Assembly: GCA_965223415.1 (NCBI GenBank)
Contig: OZ245002.1
Location: forward strand, 1,696,001 to 1,760,000
Reading direction: 5' to 3'
DNA: 64,000 nucleotides
Source: Myxococcota bacterium
Lineage (GTDB): Bacteria; Myxococcota_A; UBA9160; UBA6930
In this document: piece by piece, positions 9,862-19,129 of the stretch
Layout: each line of letters starts with the position of its first letter
Position numbering within the stretch: the first letter of the stretch is position 1
Translations under genes and position numbers: made by a program
Notes under the pieces: model-generated
Seen by the model: only the letters and a program-made list of their open reading frames with translations
The model's database searches: none
Told to the model about the DNA's origin: nothing

Positions 9862-10305
9862 ATGCACACGTCAGCTCTTGCCGGGAGCCTGCTGGCCATC
9901 CTCCTGGCGAGCCCGAGCACCGCCCGCGCCGAGGGCGGCGACCCGGTCCTCGTCTGCGAGAGCACCACCTGTGAGATCGTCAGCGCGGCCAGCGTCCCGA
10001 AGGGCGGCTACAGCAACACGGGAGTGCGAACCCGCGCCCCCCGCGTCGACCGCCAGGTCTACGACCCGCCCCTGGCACCCTGGGGCGACCGCTCGAGCCC
10101 GGACTGGACCGCCTACCCGAACACCGGCTACCGCCGCCACCGCCGCGGCGTCCACGTGCACGTCCACCACCACCACCACGGCTGCGGCCACAGCTACGTC
10201 CACATCCCCGCCTACCGCCACCGCCTCCACCACGGCCGAAAGCACCACCGCGGCTACGGCGGCCACTTCCGCGCCCACCGCCGCCACCACCGCGATCGGT
10301 TCTAG
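9862..10305 (+). CDS. Secreted protein with a His/Arg-rich C-terminal tail
   Basis: Signal-like N-terminus ending ARA; tail VHVHVHHHHHGCGH...HRRHHRDRF. Confidence 0.6.
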   Translation: MHTSALAGSLLAILLASPSTARAEGGDPVLVCESTTCEIVSAASVPKGGYSNTGVRTRAPRVDRQVYDPPLAPWGDRSSPDWTAYPNTGYRRHRRGVHVHVHHHHHGCGHSYVHIPAYRHRLHHGRKHHRGYGGHFRAHRRHHRDRF

Positions 10306-10378
10306 GTGAGACAAAGGGACGTTCTTTTCTGTCTCACGGCGTCGCCGTGAGACAGAAAAGAACGTCCCCTTGTCTCAC
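10306..10378. mobile_element. 73-bp palindromic REPIN/MITE-like element (family B)
   Basis: 36-bp arms GTGAGACAAAGGGACGTTCTTTTCTGTCTCACGGCG with one mismatch around a central T; AT-richer than the flanks; lies between convergent genes and abuts CTAG 10302-10305. Confidence 0.75.
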
Positions 10379-10557
10379 GATCTCGCTTCGAGCTCCTGCC
10401 GGAGCTTGCAGTGGCGCGCCGCCAGCGGGCTGCACTGGCAGGCCTTCCCGGTGCCGCCGCAGCTCCCCTGGAGGCGCTTGCCCTGGACGAGCACACCCAG
10501 CGACATCGCGAGGATGACGATGCCGAAGACGACGAGGGTGGCGAGGAAGGTGGCCAT
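10375..10557 (-). CDS. nqrM: Na+-NQR maturation factor
   Basis: 60 aa, one TM helix, then KRLQGSCGG and further Cys; follows apbE at the end of the nqr operon. Confidence 0.85.
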   Translation of the reverse strand: MATFLATLVVFGIVILAMSLGVLVQGKRLQGSCGGTGKACQCSPLAARHCKLRQELEARS

Positions 10558-10566
10558 GGGGGGAGT

Positions 10567-11589
10567 CTACCGGATGGACGGGAAGCCGCGGGTGGCCCGG
10601 ATCTCGTAACGCCCGTCTCTACTCCGCACGACGAAGTACGCCGCGATCCCGTTCGCCTCCGCCGCCCGCGGCCCCTCCTCCGGCCCGAGCACCAGCAGCG
10701 CCGTCGCCCACGCGTCAGCCATCGCGCAGTCCCCCGCGACGACGCTCACCGAGGCAAGGCTGTGGGCCACGGGGCGGCCGACTCGCGGGTCCACGATGTG
10801 CGTGAGCCGCTCGCCTTCCTGCTCGTAGAAGGCGCGGTAGTCGCCGGAGGTGGCCATGGCCTGGTCGCGAAGCGGCACCACCGCGTGGACGGCGCGTCCG
10901 TCGGGCTCCGGGCGCTCGATGGCGAGGCGCCAGGGGCCGCCGGCCGGGCGCTCGCCGCGGGCGCGTACCTCGCCGCCGACCTCCACCAGGTAGTGCTCGT
11001 GGCCCCGGGCTTCGAGAGCCCGCGCCGCCTGGTCCACGCCGAAGCCCTTCGCCACAGCGGAGAGGTCGACCTCGAGGCCGGGATGCTGCTTGCTCGCGGT
11101 GCCGTCCGCCGGATCCAGCGCGAGCTTCGCGAAGCCGACCCGTTCGCGAAGCGACACCAGCTCCGCGTGGTCCGGCCCGGCACCGGGAACGCGCGCGCCC
11201 GCTCCGAAGCCCCACGCACCTACGAGCGGCCGTACGGTCACGTCGAAGGCGCCGCCGGTCGCCTCGCTCACGTCGCGCGCCAGGGCCATCACACCGAGGG
11301 TCTCGGCCGAGAGAGAGAAGGGCTCGCGGCTCGCGTGACCGTTGAAGTGCGACAGCTCGGAGGCCGGATCCCAGGTGGACATGGCGCCGTCCACCGCGTC
11401 GAGGGCGGCCTGCACGTCGGCCCGGGCGCCTGGGTCGGAACGCGCGAGGGTGACGGACCAGGTCGTCCCCATCGTCTCGCCGGCGAGCAGTGTGCGCGCC
11501 GGCGCCTGACACCACAGGGTGCGCAGGGTCAGCGCCGCGAGGACGAGCAGGAAGATCGGCAGCAGGAGCCGCGCGCGCGGCGTCAGCAC
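10567..11589 (-). CDS. apbE: FAD:protein FMN transferase
   Basis: TMGTTW, GAFDVTV, DLSAVAKGFGVD, VEVGGE, ATSGDYR, HIVDPR, ADAWATAL. Confidence 0.95.
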   Translation of the reverse strand: MLTPRARLLLPIFLLVLAALTLRTLWCQAPARTLLAGETMGTTWSVTLARSDPGARADVQAALDAVDGAMSTWDPASELSHFNGHASREPFSLSAETLGVMALARDVSEATGGAFDVTVRPLVGAWGFGAGARVPGAGPDHAELVSLRERVGFAKLALDPADGTASKQHPGLEVDLSAVAKGFGVDQAARALEARGHEHYLVEVGGEVRARGERPAGGPWRLAIERPEPDGRAVHAVVPLRDQAMATSGDYRAFYEQEGERLTHIVDPRVGRPVAHSLASVSVVAGDCAMADAWATALLVLGPEEGPRAAEANGIAAYFVVRSRDGRYEIRATRGFPSIR

Positions 11590-11608
11590 CTCGGGGCGGG
11601 GCGTCTGC

Positions 11609-12835
11609 CTAGCCTCCGAAATCGTCGAACATGACGTTCTCGGGCTCCACGCCGAGATCGTCCAGCATCTTCTTGCAGGCCTCGATCATCATCGGCGGGC
11701 CGCACAGGTAGTACTCGACCTCTTCCGGCTCCGGATGGTCCTTCAGGTAGTTGTCGTAGAGCACCTGGTGGATGAAGCCCGTGAGGCCGGTCCAGTTGTC
11801 CTCGGGCTGGGGCTCGGAGAGGGCCAGATGCCATTCGAAGTTCTCGTTCTCCGAGGCGATGGCGTCGAAGTCCTCGACGTAGAAGGCCTCGCGCAGGGAG
11901 CGGGCCCCGTACCAGAAGGTGACCTTGCGCGTCGCCGACAGGCGGCGGAACTGGTCGAAGATGTGGGAGCGCATCGGCGCCATGCCGGCGCCGCCGCCGA
12001 TGAAGCACATCTCGGCGCCGGTCTCCCGGGCGAAGAACTCGCCGTAAGGGCCGGAGATCACCACCTCGTCGCCGGGCTTCAGGTTGAAGATGTAGGAGGA
12101 CATCTGGCCGGGCGGCACGTCGGGCGCGTTCGGCGGCGGCGAGGCGATGCGGACGTTCAGCATGATGATGCCCTGCTCGCCCGGGTAGTTCGCCATCGAG
12201 TAGGCGCGCGACACCTCCTCGTCCACCTTCGACTCGTAGCGCCACAGGTTGAACTTGTCCCAGTCGTCCCGGTACTCCTCTTCCACGTCGAAGTCGCCGT
12301 ACTCGGCCACGTGGGGCGGGCACTCGATCTGGATGTAGCCCCCGGCGCGGAACGGAACCTCTTCGCCCTCCGGCAGCTCGAGGATCAGCTCCTTGATGAA
12401 GGTGGCGACGTTGTGGTTCGAACGGACCTGGCAGGTCCACTTGCGAACGTCGAAGACCTCCGCGGGCAGCTCGATCTCCATGTCCTCCTTCACCTTCACC
12501 TGGCAGGCCAGGCGCTCGCCGGCGCGGGCCTCCTTGGGGGTGATGTGGGAGGTCTCGGTGGGCAGGAGCGCCCCGCCGCCGCTCTCGACGTGGCAGCGGC
12601 AGACACCGCAGGTGCCCTTCCCGCCGCAGGCCGAGGGGATGAAGATGCCGGCGCTCGCGAGGGTGGAGAGGAGCGTCCCGCCGCCGTCCACTTCGAGGCT
12701 CTTCGACTCGTCGTGGTTGATGCCGATCTTCATCTTGCCGCCCGGGGTGAGCCGGCTCTTCACGATCAGCAGCACCACGGTCAGCAGGACGATGATGATC
12801 GTGAAGCCGGCCATGCCGAAGACGACGGTGTTCAC
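11609..12835 (-). CDS. nqrF: Na+-translocating NADH:quinone reductase subunit F
   Basis: [12 protein letters not shown] 2Fe-2[36 protein letters not shown]. Confidence 0.97.
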   Translation of the reverse strand: MNTVVFGMAGFTIIIVLLTVVLLIVKSRLTPGGKMKIGINHDESKSLEVDGGGTLLSTLASAGIFIPSACGGKGTCGVCRCHVESGGGALLPTETSHITPKEARAGERLACQVKVKEDMEIELPAEVFDVRKWTCQVRSNHNVATFIKELILELPEGEEVPFRAGGYIQIECPPHVAEYGDFDVEEEYRDDWDKFNLWRYESKVDEEVSRAYSMANYPGEQGIIMLNVRIASPPPNAPDVPPGQMSSYIFNLKPGDEVVISGPYGEFFARETGAEMCFIGGGAGMAPMRSHIFDQFRRLSATRKVTFWYGARSLREAFYVEDFDAIASENENFEWHLALSEPQPEDNWTGLTGFIHQVLYDNYLKDHPEPEEVEYYLCGPPMMIEACKKMLDDLGVEPENVMFDDFGG

Positions 12836-13446
12836 AGCTGGATCCCCGAGAAGGACATGAAGGCGATCGCCATCAGGCCGACGGTGATGAAGGTGATGCC
12901 GAGGCCCCGCAGAGGCGCCGGGATGTCGTTGTACCGCAGCCGCTCGCGGACGGCGGCCAGGGCCACGATCGCCAGCGCCCAGCCGATGCCGGAGCCGATT
13001 CCGAACACCGTGGCTTCGCCCAGGGTGTAGTCGCGTTCGACCATGAAGAGCGCGCCGCCGAGGATCGCGCAGTTCACGGCGATGAGCGGGAGGAATACGC
13101 CGAGCGAGCCGTAGAGCGCGGGCGCGAAGCGGTCGATCACCATCTCGACGATCTGCACCGTGGCGGCGATGGTGCCGATCAGCACCAGGAAGCTCAGGAA
13201 GGAGAGGTTCACGTCCGCGCCACCGGGCAGCCAGGCCAGGGCACCCTCCTCCAGGAAACCCTTGTAGAGGACCTGGTTGAGCGGCGTCGTGAGACCGAGC
13301 ACGAAGATCACCGCGACGCCGAGGCCGATGGCGGTCTCCACCTTGCGCGAAACGGCCAGGAAGGAGCACATGCCCAGGAAGAAGGCCAGGGCCATGTTCT
13401 CGACGAAGATCGCCTTCGTCGCCAGGCTGAGGTAGTGCTCGAGCAT
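12832..13446 (-). CDS. nqrE: Na+-NQR subunit E
   Basis: [29 protein letters not shown]. Confidence 0.96.
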   Translation of the reverse strand: MLEHYLSLATKAIFVENMALAFFLGMCSFLAVSRKVETAIGLGVAVIFVLGLTTPLNQVLYKGFLEEGALAWLPGGADVNLSFLSFLVLIGTIAATVQIVEMVIDRFAPALYGSLGVFLPLIAVNCAILGGALFMVERDYTLGEATVFGIGSGIGWALAIVALAAVRERLRYNDIPAPLRGLGITFITVGLMAIAFMSFSGIQL

Positions 13447-14111
13447 CAGCGCAGCTCCGGATCCGGCGCGCCTTCGAGGAGCCCGACGTGGAACTCCTCC
13501 TCCACCTGCTCCGGCCGGAAGGCGCGCACGGCCCAGATGAAGCAGCCGATGAGGATGAAGGCGGCGGGCGCCAGCACCATCAAGCCGTTCGGGACGTACC
13601 AGCCGCCCTCGGAGACGGTCGGCAGGATGGTGACGCCGAAGAGCTTGCCGGCCCCGAAGAGCTCGCGGAGCGCGGCCACGACGATCAGCACCAGGGCGTA
13701 GCCACCGGCGTTGCCCACCGCGTCCAGAAAAGAGGGCCAGGGCTTGTTCTGCATCGCGAAGGCCTCCGCCCGACCCATGATGATGCAGTTGGTGATGATG
13801 AGACCGACGAAGACCGAGAGCTGGAGGCTGATCTCGTAGAGAAAGGCCTTCAGGAACTGGTCCGCGATCATCACCATCGAGGCGATGATCGTGAGCTGGG
13901 TGATGATGCGAACGCTCCCGGGGATGAGCGCCCGCAGCGCGCTCACCGCCACCGACGACGCGACCAGCACGAAGAGCACGGCGAAGCTCATCACGAGCGC
14001 CGTGTCCATCTTGGTCGTGACGGCCAGCGCCGAGCAGATGCCCAGCACCTGGAGACCGATCGGATTGTTGTCGACCAACGGGTCGAGCAGGATCTCCTGG
14101 GTCTTGCTCAT
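13446..14111 (-). CDS. nqrD: Na+-NQR subunit D
   Basis: [34 protein letters not shown]. Confidence 0.96.
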   Translation of the reverse strand: MSKTQEILLDPLVDNNPIGLQVLGICSALAVTTKMDTALVMSFAVLFVLVASSVAVSALRALIPGSVRIITQLTIIASMVMIADQFLKAFLYEISLQLSVFVGLIITNCIIMGRAEAFAMQNKPWPSFLDAVGNAGGYALVLIVVAALRELFGAGKLFGVTILPTVSEGGWYVPNGLMVLAPAAFILIGCFIWAVRAFRPEQVEEEFHVGLLEGAPDPELR

Positions 14112-14890
14112 CCCATCTCTCCTTGCTTCCGCAGCTCGGCCAGGTAGGGCCCGAAGCCCGAGCGGCCCAGCCAGAACTGCAGCATGTTCGATACGCCGTT
14201 GGACGTGAGGGTCGCGCCCGAGAGGCCGTCTACCTGGAAGGGATCGGCTTCCGGGGTGCCCGCGGCGCCCTTCTTCACCCGCAGCTGGGGTTCGCCCCTC
14301 CCGTCGAACACCTGGCGCCCGGGCCAGCGGGCCTTCCAGCTGGGGTTGTCCACCTCGCCGCCGAGACCCGGCGTCTCCTTGTGCTCGTAGAAGGTGATGC
14401 CGCGAACGGTCTGGATGTCCGAGCCGATCGCGATGTAGCCGTAGAGGGTGCCCCACAGCCCGTAGCCCTCGATCGGCAGGACGTAGCCGGCGACTCCGTC
14501 ACCATCCTTGATCCGGTAGACCACCGCATGGTTCGGCACGCGCCGCACCTTCGAGAGGTTGTCCGGCGCGGGCCGGCTGCGGGCCGGGTCCTTCGCGGCC
14601 TTGCGCTGGTCGTAGGAGAGCGGGTCGATGCCGTCGACGAGCTGACCGGTCGAGAGCTCCACCACCACGGCTTCGAGACCGCTCTCGAAACGCGCGTTCA
14701 GCTCCTCGGCCGAGAGACTCTCGTCGTCCCCGGCCAGGCCGGCCACGCCGAGCACCTTCTTGATGCGGTCGAGGCGCTGGTTCTCCACCTGCCGGTCGTG
14801 CAGGCCCACGGCCACCGCCGAGACCATCACCGAGAACACGATGCACAGCACCGTCGTGAAGATCACTGTGTGGCGCGTACTATGCTCCAC
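14108..14890 (-). CDS. nqrC: Na+-NQR subunit C
   Basis: [17 protein letters not shown] attachment site [10 protein letters not shown]. Confidence 0.95.
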   Translation of the reverse strand: MEHSTRHTVIFTTVLCIVFSVMVSAVAVGLHDRQVENQRLDRIKKVLGVAGLAGDDESLSAEELNARFESGLEAVVVELSTGQLVDGIDPLSYDQRKAAKDPARSRPAPDNLSKVRRVPNHAVVYRIKDGDGVAGYVLPIEGYGLWGTLYGYIAIGSDIQTVRGITFYEHKETPGLGGEVDNPSWKARWPGRQVFDGRGEPQLRVKKGAAGTPEADPFQVDGLSGATLTSNGVSNMLQFWLGRSGFGPYLAELRKQGEMG

Positions 14891-16097
14891 TGCGGGCCAC
14901 CCTTCGCGCGATGTTGCGCCGGATCACGAAGTGATCGATCAGCGGCGCGAACATGTTCATGAAGAGGATCGCCAGCATCATGCCCTCCGGATAGGCGGGG
15001 TTGATGCAGCGGATGATCACGCAAAGCGCGCCGATCCCGAAGCCGTAGACCAGCTTGCCGCTCTCGGTGTAGGCCGACGAGACCGGATCCGTGCACATGA
15101 ACACCGTGCCGATGGCCCAGCCGCCCAGCACCATGTGCCAGTACCACTGGACACCGAACATCGGGTTCGTTTCGGAGCCGACGAAGTTCAGGAAGACGGC
15201 CATGGCGATGGTGCCGAGGGCCGTGCCGAGCATCGTCCGCCAGGAGCCCACCCCGGTCTGGATGAGCAGGCCCGCGCCGATGAGGCACGCCAGCGCCGAG
15301 GTCTCGCCCATCGAGCCCGGGATCGTGCCGATGAAGGCCGACCACCAGCTCGCCGTGTGCAGCACGCCTTCCTGGGCGGCGGCCTGGGCCAGGAGCGTGG
15401 CACCGGTGAAGCCGTCCACGTCGAGGAAGTCCGCGGCGATCCAGGGCCTGTCGCCGGAGATGTAGGCCGGATAGGCGAAGAACAGGAACGCGCGGCACAC
15501 CAGCGCCGGATTCAGGAAGTTCATCCCGGTGCCGCCGAACACTTCCTTGCCGATGATCAGCCCGAAGGCGGTGCCCAGGGCCACCTGCCACAGGGGGATG
15601 GTCGGCGGGAGGATCAGCGGGAGGAGCGCGCCGGTGACGAGGAAGCCCTCCGTCACCTCGAGATCGCGGATCTGCGCCGTGATGATCTCGATGCCAAGGC
15701 CGACGACGTGCACGACGACGAAGATGGGGAAGAAGTAGAGGGCGCCGAAGAGCGCGCACCACAGCACGTTGCCCGAAGCGTACTGGCCGCCCAGGGCCTG
15801 GAAGAGCGCGTTCTGCCAGTCGGGAAGGGGCGTCGCACCGGCCTCGATGGCGAGGAATGCCTGGTAGCCGGTGTTGAGGACGGCCACGAGCAGGCAGGGC
15901 CCGAGCGCCATCACCACGAGGAACATCATCCGCTTGTAGTCGAGGCCGTCGCGGACGTGGGAGCCGGTGCGCGTCTGGAAGCCGGGGCTGAAGGCGAGCG
16001 TGTCGACCGCCTCGAACGCCGAACCGAGAGCCTGAAATCGCCCCCCCTTGCTGACGTGGGGCTCGATCTTGTCCAGCAGGTCCCGCAGGAACTGCAT
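14880..16097 (-). CDS. nqrB: Na+-NQR subunit B
   Basis: HVRDGLDYKRMM, KEVFGGTGMNFLNPAL, DGFTGAT, GSMGETS, YPEGMMLAILFMN. Confidence 0.96.
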   Translation of the reverse strand: MQFLRDLLDKIEPHVSKGGRFQALGSAFEAVDTLAFSPGFQTRTGSHVRDGLDYKRMMFLVVMALGPCLLVAVLNTGYQAFLAIEAGATPLPDWQNALFQALGGQYASGNVLWCALFGALYFFPIFVVVHVVGLGIEIITAQIRDLEVTEGFLVTGALLPLILPPTIPLWQVALGTAFGLIIGKEVFGGTGMNFLNPALVCRAFLFFAYPAYISGDRPWIAADFLDVDGFTGATLLAQAAAQEGVLHTASWWSAFIGTIPGSMGETSALACLIGAGLLIQTGVGSWRTMLGTALGTIAMAVFLNFVGSETNPMFGVQWYWHMVLGGWAIGTVFMCTDPVSSAYTESGKLVYGFGIGALCVIIRCINPAYPEGMMLAILFMNMFAPLIDHFVIRRNIARRVARSGA

Positions 16098-17479
16098 CAG
16101 CCCTCCTTCTCGATGCGCTCGAGGTTCTTGCGCAGGATGGGCCCGAACTCGGTCTTGCCCGGGCAGACGAAGGTGCAGAGCGCCAGGTCTTCCTCGTCGA
16201 GCTCGAGGGCGCCGAGTTGCTCGGCCTGCTCGATGTCGCCGACCATGAGCGAGCGCAGCAGGTAGGTGGCCAGGATGTCCATCGGCATCACCTTCTCGTA
16301 GGTGCCGAGGGGGAAGACCGGCCGGTAGCTGCCGTTCGTGTCGGTGGTCATGTCGAACTTCGTTCCCGGCAGGAGCCGAGAGAGGAAGACCGGCAGGATC
16401 GAGAACTTGCCGAAGCCCGGCTCGATCCAGCCCAGGAACTTGCGTCCGCCCTGGCGGACGGCGCTCACCTGCACGTGGTAGCGGCCCAGGTAGCCGAACT
16501 CGGGACCCATGGCCTTCTTGCCCGAGACGACCGAGCCCGAGATCACGCGAACTTCGCCCTCGCGCTCGTCGATCTCGCCATGGGTGAGCTCGTCGAGGTT
16601 GGCGCCGAGGCGCGTGCGGACGAGCCGCGGGTTCGGCACCGGTGGTCCGGCGAAAGAGACGACGCGCTCGACGGGCAGCACGCCGGTCTCCGCGAGGCGG
16701 CCGAGGGCGATCACGTCCTGGTAGCCGATGTGCCAGGACGTGCGGCTGCGGGAGACCGGTGCCAGCAGGTGCATGTGCAGACCGGGGTTGCCGGCCGGAT
16801 GCGGCCCCGCGAACACCTCCACCTGGGCGGGGGAGTCGACGCCGCCGCGCACGCTGGACTCGTCGCTGACACACAAGTAGGTCGGCCCGTCGCAGAGCTT
16901 GTCCACGAGGCGGAGCCCGAGCTGGAAGGCGGCGGTCGCCTCGTCGACGACGGTGCTGGGTGAAGGCGCCAACGGGTTCGTGTCGATCGCCGTGACGAAG
17001 AGCGCCTGGGCCTTGTCCTCGGGAAGCGGGACCTTGCTGTACGGGCGCCCGCGCACGGCCGTCCACAATCCGGACTCGACCATGAGCGCGCGCACGTCGT
17101 CGCCGCTCCAGGCGAGGGGATCGCCGCCGCGCCAGGACGCGAAGCGCTGGAGCTCCTCGTCACCGGGACGGCCGGCGCGCTCGGTGGGCGAGAGCTCGAT
17201 CACGAGGGAGCGGAGCACCCGGCGCGCGCCGCGGAAGACCGCCTGCACCCGCCCGGCACCCGGCGCCGTGTAGCGGATGCCCGGCCGCAGCCGGTCCTCG
17301 AAGAGGAGCTGGCCGCGCTGGACCGTGTCGCCCTCGGCGACGGCCAGGCGCGCCCGGACGCCCGGCGTGTCGTCGCCCATCACCGCCACCCGACCGATCT
17401 CCGGCCCGGCGTGGATCGCCTGTTCGGGGTCGCCCGCGATGGGCAGATCCAGACCCCTCCTGACCCGGTGCACCGCCAT
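16097..17479 (-). CDS. nqrA: Na+-NQR subunit A
   Basis: GLDLPIAG, GPHPAGN, LGALELDEEDLALCTFVCPGK. Confidence 0.96.
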   Translation of the reverse strand: MAVHRVRRGLDLPIAGDPEQAIHAGPEIGRVAVMGDDTPGVRARLAVAEGDTVQRGQLLFEDRLRPGIRYTAPGAGRVQAVFRGARRVLRSLVIELSPTERAGRPGDEELQRFASWRGGDPLAWSGDDVRALMVESGLWTAVRGRPYSKVPLPEDKAQALFVTAIDTNPLAPSPSTVVDEATAAFQLGLRLVDKLCDGPTYLCVSDESSVRGGVDSPAQVEVFAGPHPAGNPGLHMHLLAPVSRSRTSWHIGYQDVIALGRLAETGVLPVERVVSFAGPPVPNPRLVRTRLGANLDELTHGEIDEREGEVRVISGSVVSGKKAMGPEFGYLGRYHVQVSAVRQGGRKFLGWIEPGFGKFSILPVFLSRLLPGTKFDMTTDTNGSYRPVFPLGTYEKVMPMDILATYLLRSLMVGDIEQAEQLGALELDEEDLALCTFVCPGKTEFGPILRKNLERIEKEG

Positions 17480-17636
17480 GCGCGACGCTCCCCCTTGGCC
17501 CCGGGGGCACTGGGAGCCCCGGGCCTCGACGGGCGCGGATCCTAGCGTCCGCGATCGATTTCGCTAGCGGAAACAGCGGCTTGACCGGATCTGATATGCT
17601 GGGGACGTCGGGGGGGTGAACCGAGAGGAGGACCTC

Positions 17637-18125
17637 ATGGAGACGCCCCATGTGCCGCTGGCCCGGGAGATCATGACCCGGCGCCTGGTGACCCTGCGCC
17701 CGGAGATGCCGGCCCTCGAGGCCGCCGCCCTGCTGCTCAAGCACGGCATTTCCGGCGCCCCGGTGGTGGACGACGAGGGCCACCTCCTGGGCCTGGTGAG
17801 CGAGTACGACTGCCTGCGTGCGGTCGCCTCCGCCGACTACGAGATGGACGCCCACGACGCCATCGAGGCGGTCGAGGAGCTGATGAGCAAGGATTGCGTG
17901 ACGGTCGGCCCCGAGATGGAGCTGTTCGCCATCGCCCATGAGTTCGTGGTCCGGCGCATGCGGCGCTTCCCGGTGATCGAGAACGGCAAGCTGATCGGCC
18001 AGGTGAGCCGCCGCGACGCTCTCAAGGCCGCGGTCGCCCTGCGCAAGAAGATGGCCGGCAGCCGCCACCACTACCCCGACTACCCTCGAGGCCGAGAGCC
18101 CATCCGCAACTACCCCGGCCGCTGA
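17637..18125 (+). CDS. CBS-domain pair protein
   Basis: ISGAPVVD...LGLVSEYD and RRFPVIENGKLIGQVSRRD; GAGGAGG RBS. Confidence 0.9.
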   Translation: METPHVPLAREIMTRRLVTLRPEMPALEAAALLLKHGISGAPVVDDEGHLLGLVSEYDCLRAVASADYEMDAHDAIEAVEELMSKDCVTVGPEMELFAIAHEFVVRRMRRFPVIENGKLIGQVSRRDALKAAVALRKKMAGSRHHYPDYPRGREPIRNYPGR

Positions 18126-18136
18126 CCCCCGGGGAC

Positions 18137-18167
18137 AAGAAACGGGGCCAGAGTTTAGAATTCAGTT
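18137..18167. repeat. Left inverted repeat of the Y1-transposase locus (family A)
   Basis: AAGAAACGGGGCCAGAGTTTAGAATTCAGTT; 29/31 match to the reverse complement of 19099-19129; contains the transposase stop codon. Confidence 0.9.
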
Positions 18168-19028
18168 GTCGGCGAGTTCGACGTCGGCGGCGAGCCGGCG
18201 CCCCCGCTCCACGGCCTGACTGATCGCCGATGGTGTGGCACCGAGGGCCGCTGCCACCAGCCGCCCGGGGATCCCGAGCTCCCGCACGGCGAGGTAGGCG
18301 GCGATCGCGCGGGCCCGCGAGGAGGCGCGGTCCCTCGCTCCGTGGGCCACCGCCTCGGGCGTGGCCCCTGCGCCGCGGCAGACCCGCCCGAGCAGCTCCT
18401 CCAGAGACGGCTCGTCCGTCAGCCGAACGACCCGGGCCCGGGGATCCGGGGTCCATCCGGCCGCCGAGGGATCCGGGGCTCGCGCGACCCGCTCGCGAAG
18501 GGCGTCGCGTGCGGCAAGCGACTCGGGGCCGGCCAGAGCCAGCGCATCCTCGATGCGCTCGAACGCCCGCGGCTCCCGCTTCCCCACCAGCGCCGAGTAG
18601 CTGCTCCACGGCCAGTCGGCGAGCTCCTCGACGGACGTGACGATGCCCGCCTCGAGCGGGTTGCGGCAGACGTAGGCGATCACCCCGAGAAGATCGGCGT
18701 CGTCCTCGATCCCGCGCGACTTGTATCGGCCCTGATTGACGTAGCCCACCCGGTCGTGCCGCCGGTTGAAGGCGCTGGCGTAGCCACCGTTCAGCCGAGC
18801 CATGAAGCGCGAGAGCGGAACCGGCCCGGTGCGCAGCACCAGATGGAAGTGGTTCGCCATCAGGACGAACGCGAAGCAGAGGAAGCCCAGCTCCTGAATC
18901 AGGCGATCGAGCCGCTCGAGGAGGTCGAGCCGGTCCACGTCCGAGTGGAAGATGGCGCGGCGCTCGAGGCCCCGGACCATCACGTGGTGAGCGGTTCCAG
19001 GAGCGTCCCAGCGAGGAGAACGTGCCAT
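18162..19028 (-). CDS. HUH/Y1 tyrosine transposase (RAYT/TnpA-Y1-like) with a C-terminal HTH
   Basis: HHVMVRG...IF, AFVLMANHFHL (HUH), YASAFNRRHDRVG, GRYKS, catalytic YVCRNP, WPWSSY; C-terminal ARAIAAYLA...VAAALGATPSAISQAV resembles a DnaA-C-type HTH. Confidence 0.9.
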   Translation of the reverse strand: MARSPRWDAPGTAHHVMVRGLERRAIFHSDVDRLDLLERLDRLIQELGFLCFAFVLMANHFHLVLRTGPVPLSRFMARLNGGYASAFNRRHDRVGYVNQGRYKSRGIEDDADLLGVIAYVCRNPLEAGIVTSVEELADWPWSSYSALVGKREPRAFERIEDALALAGPESLAARDALRERVARAPDPSAAGWTPDPRARVVRLTDEPSLEELLGRVCRGAGATPEAVAHGARDRASSRARAIAAYLAVRELGIPGRLVAAALGATPSAISQAVERGRRLAADVELADN

Positions 19029-19098
19029 GACGTGCCTCGGGACCGGGGACCGCGAGGCTAGCGGCCCGCGAGGATGCAAGCGAGCTCCCCGCCGCCGT

Positions 19099-19129
19099 AA
19101 CTGAATTCTTGACTCTGGCCCCGTTTCTT
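19099..19129. repeat. Right inverted repeat of the Y1-transposase locus (family A)
   Basis: AACTGAATTCTTGACTCTGGCCCCGTTTCTT; its last base is part of the nuoN TAA. Confidence 0.9.

Noticed and set aside
6593..10305. tRNA-Sec or selenoprotein genes near selB
   Set aside because: I found no tRNA cloverleaf, and no gene in the window shows a convincing in-frame UGA at a Cys position; a formal SECIS scan was not possible.
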